The notes under the pieces are model-generated. The model was not told the DNA's origin and did not search any database. It was given only the letters and a program-made list of their open reading frames with translations. The translations under genes were made by a program, and so were the position numbers. From Candidatus Acidiferrales bacterium (GTDB lineage: Bacteria; Acidobacteriota; Terriglobia; Acidiferrales; UBA7541), in assembly GCA_963795535.1 (NCBI GenBank), contig CAWCIG010000001.1, forward strand, positions 209,420 to 273,419: 64,000 nucleotides of DNA, read 5' to 3'. Position 1 is the first letter of the stretch. Each line of letters starts with the position of its first letter. Positions 1 through 9,114 of this stretch are shown here, in pieces.

Positions 1-1136
1 AACATAAACGTGTTGATCATGATCCCGGCGCGCTTGCACTTGTTCACTTCTTCCAGCGTCTCACTGACGACGAAGGGATCAAGCCCGAATGCATTTTTGT
101 AGATGCGTCCGTCCTCCAGCGTAAGCGCGGAAGGCTTGCCGTCTGTGATCATGATGATCTGCCGCATGTCCTTACGCTGCCGCAGCAGAATGCGCTGCGC
201 CATTCGCAAGCCTTCGCGGGTATTCGTGTAGTAAGGTCCAACCTGCACGCGTGCCAACTGTCCCAGCGGAATTTCTTCCGCTGAATCGTGAAACAGCACC
301 AGGCTGAGCGTGTCTCCCGGATACTGCGTACGAATCAGGTGCGAAAGCGCTAGCGCCACTCGCTTAGCCGGAGTGAAGCGGTCCTCGCCATAAAGAATCA
401 TGCTGTGGCTGCAATCCAGCAGAACCACGGTGGCGCAGGAGCTTTGGTATTCGCACTGGTGCACCATCAAGTCCCGATATTGCATGTCGATCGGAACCTT
501 TACTCCTTCGCGGCGAATAGCATTCGAAAGCGTCTGGCTGATATCCAGGTTCAGCACATCCCCAAATTCGTACAGCCGGGAAATGCCGCCGGATTCCACG
601 CCCGTCGAAAGATCGCGCGTGTCGTGCCGGCCGAAACTGCTGCGGCCGAGGGAACCAAGAAGGTCCCGCAAAGTTTTGAAGCCGAGAAAATCGATGGCTT
701 TGTCCGTGATCTCAAACCGCGCATCCGGATTGCGTTCCGAAGGCTGGCCCAACATACCGCCGGGAGTGACCTGGGGCGGCGGAGTCACCTGGGGAGGCTG
801 CTGCGGATTGATGAACCCTTCCTGAGTGAGCCGTTGAATGATTTTTTCGATCAGGTCACGCACATCTTGATTGTTAAGGGCGCCCGGATCCTGCAGCATT
901 TGTTGCAGTTCTTCGTTCATCAGGTCTTCGGGAATCAACTCGCCTTCTTGCAGGGCGCGAAGAATCGCGTCGCGCAGCGCTTCCATGGATTGTGCGGCGT
1001 CGAACTCGGACATGCCGTAGTACTGCGATTCGAACCCGCTCTGCAGCAGAAAATCGCCCAGGCGCTTCATCAGCTCGTCGAGATCGACCTCGTCGGCGGG
1101 CTCGCCCGTGTACTTCCGGTATTTGACTATCTTCAT
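1..1136 (-). CDS. vWA (von Willebrand factor A) domain protein, 3' end cut by window edge
   Basis: Not in the ORF track because it runs off the window edge. Own translation of the minus strand from ATG 1134-1136 gives [35 protein letters not shown]...[18 protein letters not shown]...[13 protein letters not shown]. DxSxS plus TDG is the MIDAS/vWA signature. It lies 42 nt downstream of the AAA+ ATPase gene on the same strand. Confidence 0.8.
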   Translation of the reverse strand, partial: MKIVKYRKYTGEPADEVDLDELMKRLGDFLLQSGFESQYYGMSEFDAAQSMEALRDAILRALQEGELIPEDLMNEELQQMLQDPGALNNQDVRDLIEKIIQRLTQEGFINPQQPPQVTPPPQVTPGGMLGQPSERNPDARFEITDKAIDFLGFKTLRDLLGSLGRSSFGRHDTRDLSTGVESGGISRLYEFGDVLNLDISQTLSNAIRREGVKVPIDMQYRDLMVHQCEYQSSCATVVLLDCSHSMILYGEDRFTPAKRVALALSHLIRTQYPGDTLSLVLFHDSAEEIPLGQLARVQVGPYYTNTREGLRMAQRILLRQRKDMRQIIMITDGKPSALTLEDGRIYKNAFGLDPFVVSETLEEVNKCKRAGIMINTFM

Positions 1137-1178
1137 CGCGCTACCTCGGACTCAACATCCCTTCGCAACATCTTGTGT

Positions 1179-2720
1179 CTAATTGTACGTGCGCCGAGGC
1201 CGGTTGGGATTTTCGCGCTCACGCTGTTCCGTGGCGCGCTGCGGCTTCTCCGCATAAAAGCCGCGCTCCTCGCTACGTCCCACACGCCGGTGCGCCCACA
1301 GCCCCTCCAGGACCATTTCCGAGGCGGCGGCTGCGGCGGCTTCATCCTTACGATTGGTGACGCCTAGTTTGCCAACGTGATCCATCAAAGTGTGCACGCG
1401 ACAAAGCTGTTGGAAACGGTGATTCGTGGAAACATCGTCGGGAATCTTCAACTCATTTCCCGCCTCAAACCACTGAACCACCGGCTGAAAGACCACCTCT
1501 CCAAAATATTTGCTGAACACGCGGCCAATCGCAGTCCGAATCAATTCCCGCGCAATCACCTCTGCGCCTTTCAGCTCGCCTTCATATTCTAGCTCCAGCT
1601 TGCCGGTAATCGCGGGCATCGCGGCATAGACGTCAGCAACGCGCGCGACTGCATGAGTTTCTCCAGTGCGCGCGGCGTGTTGTTCAGCGCTGCTGACCGC
1701 GCTTTCGAGCGCCGTTATCGGCAGTCTTTGGCTTACTCCGGAGCGGCGATCGACGCGCTTGTCTTCGCGTGCCTGAAACGCAATCTCCTCTACCACTTGC
1801 CGCAGATAATCCGGCACCTCCACCCTGATGTGAGCGTTGCGATTCGTCCAAGCTTCCTGGTTCGTGATGGTCATCCCTTCTTCGACGGTCGTGGGATAGT
1901 GCGTGCGGATTTCCGCGCCGATGCGGTCCTTCAGCGGCGTAATGATTTTTCCGCGCGCGGTGTAATCCTCGGGATTCGCGGTGAACACAAGCAGCACGTC
2001 CAGCGGCAGCCGCAACGGGTAGCCCTTAATCTGGATGTCGCCCTCTTGCATGATGTTGAACAAGCCGACCTGAATCTTACCGGCGAGATCGGGCAGTTCG
2101 TTGATCGCGAAGATGCCACGATTGGCGCGGGGAAGAAGGCCGTAGTGAATCGTCAGCTCGTCGGAGAGATCGCGCCCGCCGCGAGCCGCGCGGATCGGGT
2201 CGACGTCGCCAATAATGTCCGCCATGGTGACGTCGGGAGTTGCCAACTTCTCGACGTATCGCTGATCGCGGGGCAACCAGGCAATCGGAGTGTTGTCGCC
2301 TTCGACGGCGACCCGCTCGCGGCAAGAGCGGCAAATGGGCTGCAGCGGATTGTCATTAATCTCGCAACCCGCAATCACAGGAATTTCCGCGTCCAACAGC
2401 CGGATCAGTCCGCGCAAGATGCGGCTTTTCGCCTGGCCGCGCAGGCCCAGTAGAATGAAATTGTGCCGCGAAAGCACGGCATTCACGATCTGCGGGATCA
2501 CGCTATCTTCGTACCCATGGACGCCGGGAAACAACGGCTCGCCCCGCTCAATCGCCCGCAGCAGGTTGCGGCGAATTTCATTTTTTACCGGCAGAGTGTT
2601 GGTGGGCGCGTCGAAGTCGGGAATGCTTTTCAGCTCGCCAATCGTACGCGGTTTCGAATGAGCTGCCGTATGCGGTGAATTGCTTGCTGTCATGAAGCCC
2701 CTATCCGCGGGTCGAGCCAA
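1179..2720 (-). CDS. AAA+ ATPase, ChlI/BchI (Mg-chelatase)-like
   Basis: 513-aa ORF with LLGLRGQAKSR (Walker A-like) and GIFAINELPDL (Walker B). Overall it resembles ChlI-type AAA+ proteins that pair with vWA partners. An alternative start is Met10 (2693). Confidence 0.8.
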   Translation of the reverse strand: MARPADRGFMTASNSPHTAAHSKPRTIGELKSIPDFDAPTNTLPVKNEIRRNLLRAIERGEPLFPGVHGYEDSVIPQIVNAVLSRHNFILLGLRGQAKSRILRGLIRLLDAEIPVIAGCEINDNPLQPICRSCRERVAVEGDNTPIAWLPRDQRYVEKLATPDVTMADIIGDVDPIRAARGGRDLSDELTIHYGLLPRANRGIFAINELPDLAGKIQVGLFNIMQEGDIQIKGYPLRLPLDVLLVFTANPEDYTARGKIITPLKDRIGAEIRTHYPTTVEEGMTITNQEAWTNRNAHIRVEVPDYLRQVVEEIAFQAREDKRVDRRSGVSQRLPITALESAVSSAEQHAARTGETHAVARVADVYAAMPAITGKLELEYEGELKGAEVIARELIRTAIGRVFSKYFGEVVFQPVVQWFEAGNELKIPDDVSTNHRFQQLCRVHTLMDHVGKLGVTNRKDEAAAAAASEMVLEGLWAHRRVGRSEERGFYAEKPQRATEQRERENPNRPRRTYN

Positions 2721-2733
2721 AACCCGCCGAACA

Positions 2734-3354
2734 CTAATTCAATCCGTGGTCCACGCCTTCCCCACGATGGCGCCGGGTGTCTATCTTGTGTAGATGCAGC
2801 GCCCACTCCCGAAGATACCTGACTAGTCGATCCTGACGTTCCGCTTCGGAACGCAGTTCCAGAATTTGCTGTTTCCACAGCAAATCAAGCGGAAGCCCTC
2901 CGGCAACCGCAAACGATAGTGATTCCGGAGGAGACTGCGCAAGGTTCCCAGGCATTCCAGAAAAAAGCAGCGTGTAGCAGACTTCGTACAGCTGAACCAG
3001 TTGCTCCTGATTGCCCGGCTCAAGGCGCGAATCTTCATCCTCCAGGTAATCGACCGCACCCTGCAGGAGCGGATCGTCGTCGTAAAGATCGACGATGCGG
3101 TAAGGCCGCCGTCCAACGGTGAGAATGTCCATGCGCCCGTCGTCGTAGCGCCGCGTAACTTCCAGAATTTCCGCCGTGCAGCCAACGTGCACGACCCCGG
3201 TCGGCAGCGCCAACAGCATCCCGAATGGTGACTTTTCGTCCAGGCACTCGCGCACCATGCGGCGATACCGCGGCTCGAAGATGTGCAGGGGAAGAAGCTC
3301 GCCGGGGAAAAGTACGACGTTCAGAGGAAAGAGCGAGATGCGATCTGGCCGCAT
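2734..3354 (-). CDS. LON N-terminal (substrate-binding) domain-only protein
   Basis: Track ORF 2734..3696 trimmed to ATG 3352-3354, because the upstream part overlaps the neighbouring gene and is low complexity. MRPDRISLFPLNVVLFPGELLPLHIFEPRYRRMV is the typical opening of the Lon N domain. No AAA+ or protease domain follows (206 aa). Confidence 0.8.
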   Translation of the reverse strand: MRPDRISLFPLNVVLFPGELLPLHIFEPRYRRMVRECLDEKSPFGMLLALPTGVVHVGCTAEILEVTRRYDDGRMDILTVGRRPYRIVDLYDDDPLLQGAVDYLEDEDSRLEPGNQEQLVQLYEVCYTLLFSGMPGNLAQSPPESLSFAVAGGLPLDLLWKQQILELRSEAERQDRLVRYLREWALHLHKIDTRRHRGEGVDHGLN

Positions 3355-3451
3355 GTGTGCCAGCGGCCATGATACCAGAGGGAAGGGCACAGCGCCCGAA
3401 ACAGCGACGGAAAGCAGCGGTGGAAAACTGGGGAAAACACGCGTCGCGGGC

Positions 3452-4291
3452 CTACAGCGCGATGGCGTGGGTGGTATTCGATGCGAAGCGCGAACGCAGC
3501 GAGAAACGAATATTAAAGAATGGCGCGGCGGCGACCACGGCCTGAAAATCCGCGTCATCGGTGTAGCGCCGCTTGGGGATGCGCCGGGCCAGAATCGCGA
3601 ATTGCAGAGGATCGCGCCGAAACGGGTACGGATGAATGGTGAACTGCCCCTGGCCAGTGGGACGAATTTCCCAATCCACTTCCTTGCCGTCGTCATTTAT
3701 CGGCACGCCCTCGATTGACGCGTCTTCGGCGGTGCCCAGGCAGAAATAGAGCGACAGGCGATCGAGGGCCTCCAACCTCTGCACGTTGGCTTTGATCAAC
3801 TTTTCGTCGGTGAACGGCTTTGTGACCGGATCGTTGCGTAGATCTACTTTCAGGCGCAGTTGCTGCAGGCGCAGCCGCTGAACGAAGTCGTTCGCTACGT
3901 GCTGCTCCTGGGATTTCACATATTTCGATGAATACCCGGGTATAGTGGCACGCGAGCGGTCGTACAGTCCCATGCAGTGCGAAACAACCAGCAGGCCAGC
4001 ATACAAATCCACTTTCAGAATGCGATCGATGCCGCGCTGGTACAGCGCAATATGCTCTTCGGTGGGCACGGTCATAAAGCTGTACGGCGCAAACGCCCTG
4101 GGATCAACACCCGGCGCAAGTTCCCATTCCTGCCAGCCATTATCGTGTTCGGCCGCAGCGAGACAAAACGAAGAAAACGGCTCCGGCCGCATGAAGTAGT
4201 CGTTGCCGAATTCGCGCGCAAAGAAACCGGAGAGAAACGCGTGGTCGGTCTGGCGAATCGCCAGGATGGGATCGGTCTGCTGAAGGATCAA
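3452..4291 (-). CDS. hypothetical protein (possibly DUF3891-like)
   Basis: 279-aa ORF with coding-like composition and tight spacing. The family assignment is from memory only. No catalytic motif recognised. Confidence 0.65.
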   Translation of the reverse strand: MILQQTDPILAIRQTDHAFLSGFFAREFGNDYFMRPEPFSSFCLAAAEHDNGWQEWELAPGVDPRAFAPYSFMTVPTEEHIALYQRGIDRILKVDLYAGLLVVSHCMGLYDRSRATIPGYSSKYVKSQEQHVANDFVQRLRLQQLRLKVDLRNDPVTKPFTDEKLIKANVQRLEALDRLSLYFCLGTAEDASIEGVPINDDGKEVDWEIRPTGQGQFTIHPYPFRRDPLQFAILARRIPKRRYTDDADFQAVVAAAPFFNIRFSLRSRFASNTTHAIAL

Positions 4292-4532
4292 GAGTTTGCC
4301 TTCTCTGGGCGGTTCATTCCTTGGTGCTCAATATTATCCACTCAGCCGTCAGTTGTTTCCAGTACAACCGGCCGCGGTGTTCGCTGGCTCCTTCAGACTT
4401 GCTTGCGTTCCCCCATCGCCCATCGTACGATTTGAAATTGGTGTGTCGCACGGATTTTGCTCCATAGACTTCTGTCCGGTGGATTCTTGCTGGGATTCCG
4501 CCGCCTCGGTCTCGAGCCAGGAGATGCTCCGC

Positions 4533-5831
4533 ATGAAATCGGTCGTTGTGGTCGGCGCGCAATGGGGCGACGAGGGTAAGGGCAAGGTTGTCGATTATCT
4601 AGCCGGGTCGTTTGACTATATTGTCCGTGTTGCCGGCGGCCACAATGCGGGCCACACGGTCATCATCGGCAAGGATCGCTACGTGCTTCAGCTCATTCCC
4701 TGTGGCATCCTGCGACCGCAGCAGCACGCGGTCATCGGCACGGGCGTGGTCATTGATCCCGCGGCGCTGGTCGCGGAAATTGAAACGCTGGCGCAAGCCG
4801 GTGTCGACGTCAAAGGCCGCCTGCACATCAGCAATCGCGCCCATCTGATTTTTCCGTATCACCGCGAACTGGACATGGCGGCGGAAGTGGCGCGCGGCGC
4901 CAACAAAATCGGCACCACTTCGCGCGGCATCGGCCCTGCTTATGAAGACAAGATGGCTCGGCGCGGATTGCGGGTGGTCGACCTGCTTGATCCTGTCTTG
5001 TTCCGCGAAAAGGCCGCACGCGTTGTCGCCGAAAAGAATCGCATCGCGCAGGGTGCGTATGGAGCCCAAGTCGATTTCTCGCATGAAGTCGATGCTTCGC
5101 TGGCCTTCGGCGAAAAAATTAAGTCCTACATTTGCGACACCGCCGAACTGGTGAATCGAGCGCTCGACAAAGGCAAATCCGTCTTGTTTGAAGGCGCCCA
5201 GGGCACCATGCTGGACATCGACCACGGAACCTACCCCTTCGTCACCTCTTCCAGCGCTACTTCAGGCGGCGCGACTACTGGCGCAGGCGTGCCTCCCACG
5301 AAAATCCGCCACGTCCTTGGCATCTCCAAGGCGTACACCACCCGCGTCGGCGGCGGCCCGTTTCCGACGGAGATGCCCGATCTCGACGCCAAGGAAGTCC
5401 GCGAACGTGGCAAGGAATTCGGAGCGGTCACCGGTCGTCCTCGCCGCTGCGGCTGGCTCGATCTGGCGGAATTGCGCTACGCCAAAATGATCAACGGCAT
5501 CGATTCGCTCGCCGTCACAAAGCTCGACGTCTTCGACACGCAACGCGAAATTAAAGTGGGCGTCGGCTACACCTACAAAGGCTCGCCACTTCACGAAATG
5601 CCAGCATCGGCCGAAGTCTACGAGCACGTCACTCCGGTCTACAAAACGCTGCCCGGTTGGTGCCAGGACACCTACGGCGCCAAGGACGCTGGCGACCTCC
5701 CCAAAGCCGCCATCGATTACCTGCGCTTCGTCTCCGACTTCCTCCAGGTCGAAATCGGCATGATCTCGACCGGCCCCGAACGCGACGCGACCATAGTCCA
5801 ACCAGGCACGTTGCTGGCCCGCTGGCTGTAG
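4533..5831 (+). CDS. purA: adenylosuccinate synthase
   Basis: MKSVVVVGAQWGDEGKGKVVDYL (GDEGKGK P-loop), GTTSRGIGPAYEDK, TKLDVF. Track ORF 4296..5831 trimmed to ATG 4533, which has AGGAG 10 nt upstream and gives 432 aa, a normal PurA length. Confidence 0.95.
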   Translation: MKSVVVVGAQWGDEGKGKVVDYLAGSFDYIVRVAGGHNAGHTVIIGKDRYVLQLIPCGILRPQQHAVIGTGVVIDPAALVAEIETLAQAGVDVKGRLHISNRAHLIFPYHRELDMAAEVARGANKIGTTSRGIGPAYEDKMARRGLRVVDLLDPVLFREKAARVVAEKNRIAQGAYGAQVDFSHEVDASLAFGEKIKSYICDTAELVNRALDKGKSVLFEGAQGTMLDIDHGTYPFVTSSSATSGGATTGAGVPPTKIRHVLGISKAYTTRVGGGPFPTEMPDLDAKEVRERGKEFGAVTGRPRRCGWLDLAELRYAKMINGIDSLAVTKLDVFDTQREIKVGVGYTYKGSPLHEMPASAEVYEHVTPVYKTLPGWCQDTYGAKDAGDLPKAAIDYLRFVSDFLQVEIGMISTGPERDATIVQPGTLLARWL

Positions 5832-5973
5832 CCCCCGCGTAGCATAGGCTTTAGCCTGTGATTCTTGAGGTTCTCCAATCTTTCGGGACAAACCTCCCCG
5901 AGTCCAAACTGCAGGCGCGAATCCTGGCTTACCTCCTCGTCCTTTTCCCGTCTGCGCTACAATATTCCCGCGC

Positions 5974-7185
5974 ATGCTCTCCGTCGAAGATGCCCGCCAA
6001 CTTGTAATCTCTCAAACCAAAACGCACGCCACCACACGTCGCACGCTCACTCTTCCTGTCTCCGACGCCTTCGGCTATATCCTCGCCGAGGAAATTCGCT
6101 CCGACCGCGAATATCCTCCTTTCGATCGTTCCACCCGCGATGGCTACGCGGTGCGTGCCACTGAAGCCAAGCAAGGCGCCAGCCTCCGCTGCGTAGCCGA
6201 GATAAAGGCAGGCGATACGGTTTCCGAGCCAGTAGCTCCCGGAACTTGCGTGCAAATCATGACCGGCGCGGCGATTCCTCCCGGCGCAGATGCCGTCGTG
6301 ATGATCGAATTCACGAGCCGCGAAAACGAAAAGGTTACCTTCGATCGCGGCACGCAACCTGGGCAAAATTTCGTGCCCCGCGGCAGCGAAGCGCGTTCTG
6401 GCGATTTGGCACTTCCGTCCGGCTTGCGGCTCGGTTTCGCGGAACTGGCCGTTGCCGCACAAGTCGGCGCCACCACACTGCGCTGCCACAAGAAACCACG
6501 GGTTGCCATACTTTCCACCGGCGATGAAGTCGTGCCCATCACCGAAACGCCCGGCCCATTTCACATCCGCAACAGCAATACCATCTCGCTCTCCGCGCAA
6601 ATTCGCCTAGCGGGCGGCGAACCCGTTCCTCTCGTTAACGCGCTGGATCGCGCCGACGACCTCTCCGTGAAAATTCAGCAGGGCCTGCGCGAAGATATTC
6701 TGGTCTTGTCCGGTGGCGTCTCCATGGGTAAGTACGACCTCGTCGAGCCAGTTCTGAAAGGCATGGGCGCGGAGTTCTTTTTTGACGCGGTAGCCCTGCG
6801 CCCGGGAAAGCCGACTGTTTTCGGCCGCTGCGGCACCACTTGGCTTTTCGGTTTGCCCGGCAACCCTGTCTCCACCATGGTCACGTTCCAACTCTTCGTC
6901 GTCCCGGCTATGGACATCCTCAATGGCGCTGCGGCTCGCTCGCTTCCGCTGCTTCAAGCCACCTTAGCCGAGGCGGTCCAGGAAAAGCCGGGCCTCATGC
7001 ACTTTCTTCCTTCCCGCCTCGAATGGCAGGCCCAGAGCCCGCAGGTTCGCGCCCTGCCCTGGCAAGGTTCGGGAGACATCTCGACCCTGACTCGCGCCAA
7101 CTGCTTCCTGGTGGTCCCCGCTGACCGCCCGGACATCCCCGCTGGCGAGAAAGTTTCCGTTCTACCCCGGTTCGACGTACTCTAA
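5974..7185 (+). CDS. moeA: molybdopterin molybdenumtransferase MoeA
   Basis: 403 aa with MoeA architecture. It has a central MoCF-biosynthesis domain (ILSTGDE...VLSGGVSMGKYD) and a C-terminal MoeA_C-like domain. Confidence 0.9.
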   Translation: MLSVEDARQLVISQTKTHATTRRTLTLPVSDAFGYILAEEIRSDREYPPFDRSTRDGYAVRATEAKQGASLRCVAEIKAGDTVSEPVAPGTCVQIMTGAAIPPGADAVVMIEFTSRENEKVTFDRGTQPGQNFVPRGSEARSGDLALPSGLRLGFAELAVAAQVGATTLRCHKKPRVAILSTGDEVVPITETPGPFHIRNSNTISLSAQIRLAGGEPVPLVNALDRADDLSVKIQQGLREDILVLSGGVSMGKYDLVEPVLKGMGAEFFFDAVALRPGKPTVFGRCGTTWLFGLPGNPVSTMVTFQLFVVPAMDILNGAAARSLPLLQATLAEAVQEKPGLMHFLPSRLEWQAQSPQVRALPWQGSGDISTLTRANCFLVVPADRPDIPAGEKVSVLPRFDVL

Positions 7186-7210
7186 CGGGGTACTCATACA
7201 ACGTTCTAAG

Positions 7211-7711
7211 ATGCCCAAGCTTTCCCACTATTCTTCCCGCGGCGAAATCACCATGGTTGACGTCTCGTCGAAAGCCGTCACCGCCCGCACCGCCATCGCA
7301 CACGCGTTCGTCCGCATGTCTCCCCGCGTCGTGCGCGCCGTCCGCCGCCTGGAGAACCCCAAGGGCAATCCCCTGGAGGTGGCGCGCATCGCCGGAATCG
7401 CCGCTGCCAAACGCACCTCGGAGTGGATACCTCTTTGTCATCCACTCCCCATCACCCACATTGATGTGACCCCACGCCTATGCAAAGATGGGGTGGAACT
7501 GGTTTCCAGGGTTACGGCCACAGCGCAAACAGGCGTGGAGATGGAAGCGCTGGTTGCCGTTACTTGTGCCGCCCTCACGGTCTACGACATGTGTAAAGCC
7601 CTTGATAAAGGTGTAGAGATCACCGCTGTTCACCTGCTGGAGAAGACTGGCGGGAAGAGTGGGGATTACCGTCGCGCCTCGAGGAAACCGTCCCGGAGAT
7701 TCAAGCGATGA
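7211..7711 (+). CDS. moaC: cyclic pyranopterin monophosphate synthase MoaC
   Basis: LSHYSSRGEITMVDVSSKAVTARTA... and IPLCHPLPITHIDV are MoaC hallmarks. 166 aa. Confidence 0.9.
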   Translation: MPKLSHYSSRGEITMVDVSSKAVTARTAIAHAFVRMSPRVVRAVRRLENPKGNPLEVARIAGIAAAKRTSEWIPLCHPLPITHIDVTPRLCKDGVELVSRVTATAQTGVEMEALVAVTCAALTVYDMCKALDKGVEITAVHLLEKTGGKSGDYRRASRKPSRRFKR

Positions 7712-8466
7712 GCGCGGCCTCCGGTAAAACCGTCAAGCTCCTTGTCGCCGAAGACAATCCCATGGTGCGCGATCTTGTCGCCAAGGGCCTGGAACCCTTC
7801 TGCGACGTCATGATCGCGGCCGACGGTGCTGATGCGCTGCTGAAAGTCATCGACGAGCCTCCCGACGTGATCCTGTGCGACTACAACATGCCCGGATTGA
7901 ATGGCCGCCAGCTGTTTGAAAAACTGCGCGGGCGTGAAGCCACTCGCCACATTCCGTTTCTCTTCATGGCCAGCCGCAGCGATATCGAAGAGCGCCTGCG
8001 TCCGTTGGTGGAAGGTGCCGAGGATTTCATCGCCAAGCCTTTCCTAATTAAGGATCTGGTGCGCTCGGCTAAAAAGGTAGTCGACCGCCTGCACCTGGAG
8101 AAGTTGCAGAAGCAGGCCTCCCGTCCTGGCGTGATTCAGGGGCGTCTGGAGGAAATGAGCATGATCGATCTGCTGCAATCCCTCGAAATGGGGCAAAAAT
8201 CCTGCCGGCTGGTGGTGCAGAAGGGCAGCGAGCGCGCCGAACTCTATTTCGCCAGCGGCCAGTGCCGCGACGCCAAGATCAAGGATCTCTCTGGCGACGA
8301 TGCGGTGCTGAAAGTTGTGCTCTGGACCGAAGGGGAATTCGAAATTGATTTCAACGCCGCCAATGCTTCCACCGCCACCACTACGACGCGCACCACCACC
8401 GGCCTGTTGATGGAAGCCATGCGCCTGCTAGACGAAGCCAATCGCGACACGGTCGGCACGGGCTGA
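7708..8466 (+). CDS. response regulator, REC domain + DUF4388/PATAN-like C-terminal domain
   Basis: The REC domain is LLVAEDNPMVRDL...DVILCDYNMPGLNG...FIAKPF. The C-terminal part is MSMIDLLQSLEMGQKSCRLVV...WTEGEFEIDF. ATG 7708 overlaps the moaC stop (ATGA). Confidence 0.85.
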   Translation: MSAASGKTVKLLVAEDNPMVRDLVAKGLEPFCDVMIAADGADALLKVIDEPPDVILCDYNMPGLNGRQLFEKLRGREATRHIPFLFMASRSDIEERLRPLVEGAEDFIAKPFLIKDLVRSAKKVVDRLHLEKLQKQASRPGVIQGRLEEMSMIDLLQSLEMGQKSCRLVVQKGSERAELYFASGQCRDAKIKDLSGDDAVLKVVLWTEGEFEIDFNAANASTATTTTRTTTGLLMEAMRLLDEANRDTVGTG

Positions 8467-8603
8467 CGAAGCGTTTTGAGTTTGCATTTCTAAGTTATAA
8501 GTAATCAGTCCTTGTATACTAGTGCGACCGTTTTGTGCGCGGTTTGGCTTTTTTCTTTACTTAGAAACTTGTAACTTAAAACTAACAAGCCCAGAAACTT
8601 CCC

Positions 8604-9080
8604 ATGCGCGTTGCCATTTTGACCATCAGCGATTCCGTAGCTCGCGCCGAACGCGAGGATCTTTCCGGTCCTGCTCTCGTCGCTCGTTGTCGCGAACTCG
8701 GCTGGGAGGCGAATTCCGCGTTGCGGTGCTCCGATAATCCTGAACAGGTCCGTAATCAGATTCGCACTATTTCGGACTCCGGCGATACGGATATGCTCCT
8801 CACCACCGGTGGCACTGGCCTCGGACCTCGCGACAACACTCCCGAAGCTACACTCGACGTTGCCGACCGCGCCATCCCCGGCCTCGCTGAGGAAATTCGC
8901 CGTGCAGGTGCCGTGAAAACACCCACCGCGCTCCTTTCTCGCGGCGTCGCCATCATTCGCAACAAAACCATCGTCATCAATCTACCCGGCAGCCCCAAAG
9001 GCGCCATCGAATCCCTCAACGCCGTCGCGCACCTGCTCCCTCACGCGGTAGAAGTCCTACGCGGCGCGCGCCACGACTAA
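8604..9080 (+). CDS. MogA/MoaB-family molybdenum cofactor biosynthesis protein
   Basis: MRVAILTISDS...LLTTGGTGLGPRDNTPEAT...INLPGSPKG is a MoCF_biosynth domain. 158 aa. Confidence 0.85.
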   Translation: MRVAILTISDSVARAEREDLSGPALVARCRELGWEANSALRCSDNPEQVRNQIRTISDSGDTDMLLTTGGTGLGPRDNTPEATLDVADRAIPGLAEEIRRAGAVKTPTALLSRGVAIIRNKTIVINLPGSPKGAIESLNAVAHLLPHAVEVLRGARHD

Positions 9081-9114
9081 CCTTTGTAGTGAATTGGACG
9101 CCTTGGCTTGAAAT

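Noticed and set aside
405-1367. Long ORFs antisense to recognised genes. Examples: 405..1367 +, 1653..2453 +, 15987..16934 -, 20407..21543 -, 24274..25269 +, 35916..36914 +, 38662..39609 +, 52073..52765 +.
   Set aside because: Each lies opposite a gene with clear family motifs. Each is Arg/Pro/Gly/His-rich in the way GC-rich antisense frames are, and none has a recognisable domain. They were treated as shadow ORFs.
4296-4532. N-terminal over-extensions in the ORF track. Examples: purA 511 aa, nuoL2 759 aa, LonN 320 aa, proC 318 aa, nuoJ1/J2, pilin 193 aa, the atpE-containing 257-aa ORF, OYE 420 aa.
   Set aside because: The extensions overlap upstream genes or intergenic repeats, are low complexity, and precede the canonical family N-termini. 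Internal ATG/GTG starts with overlap-type junctions or SD-like sequences give normal protein lengths.
8467-8603. Moco riboswitch ahead of the mog-like gene.
   Set aside because: The spacer is AT-rich and lacks the GC-rich paired elements and conserved loops of the Moco RNA motif as I remember it. It is retained only as an unexplained AT-rich spacer with an inverted repeat.
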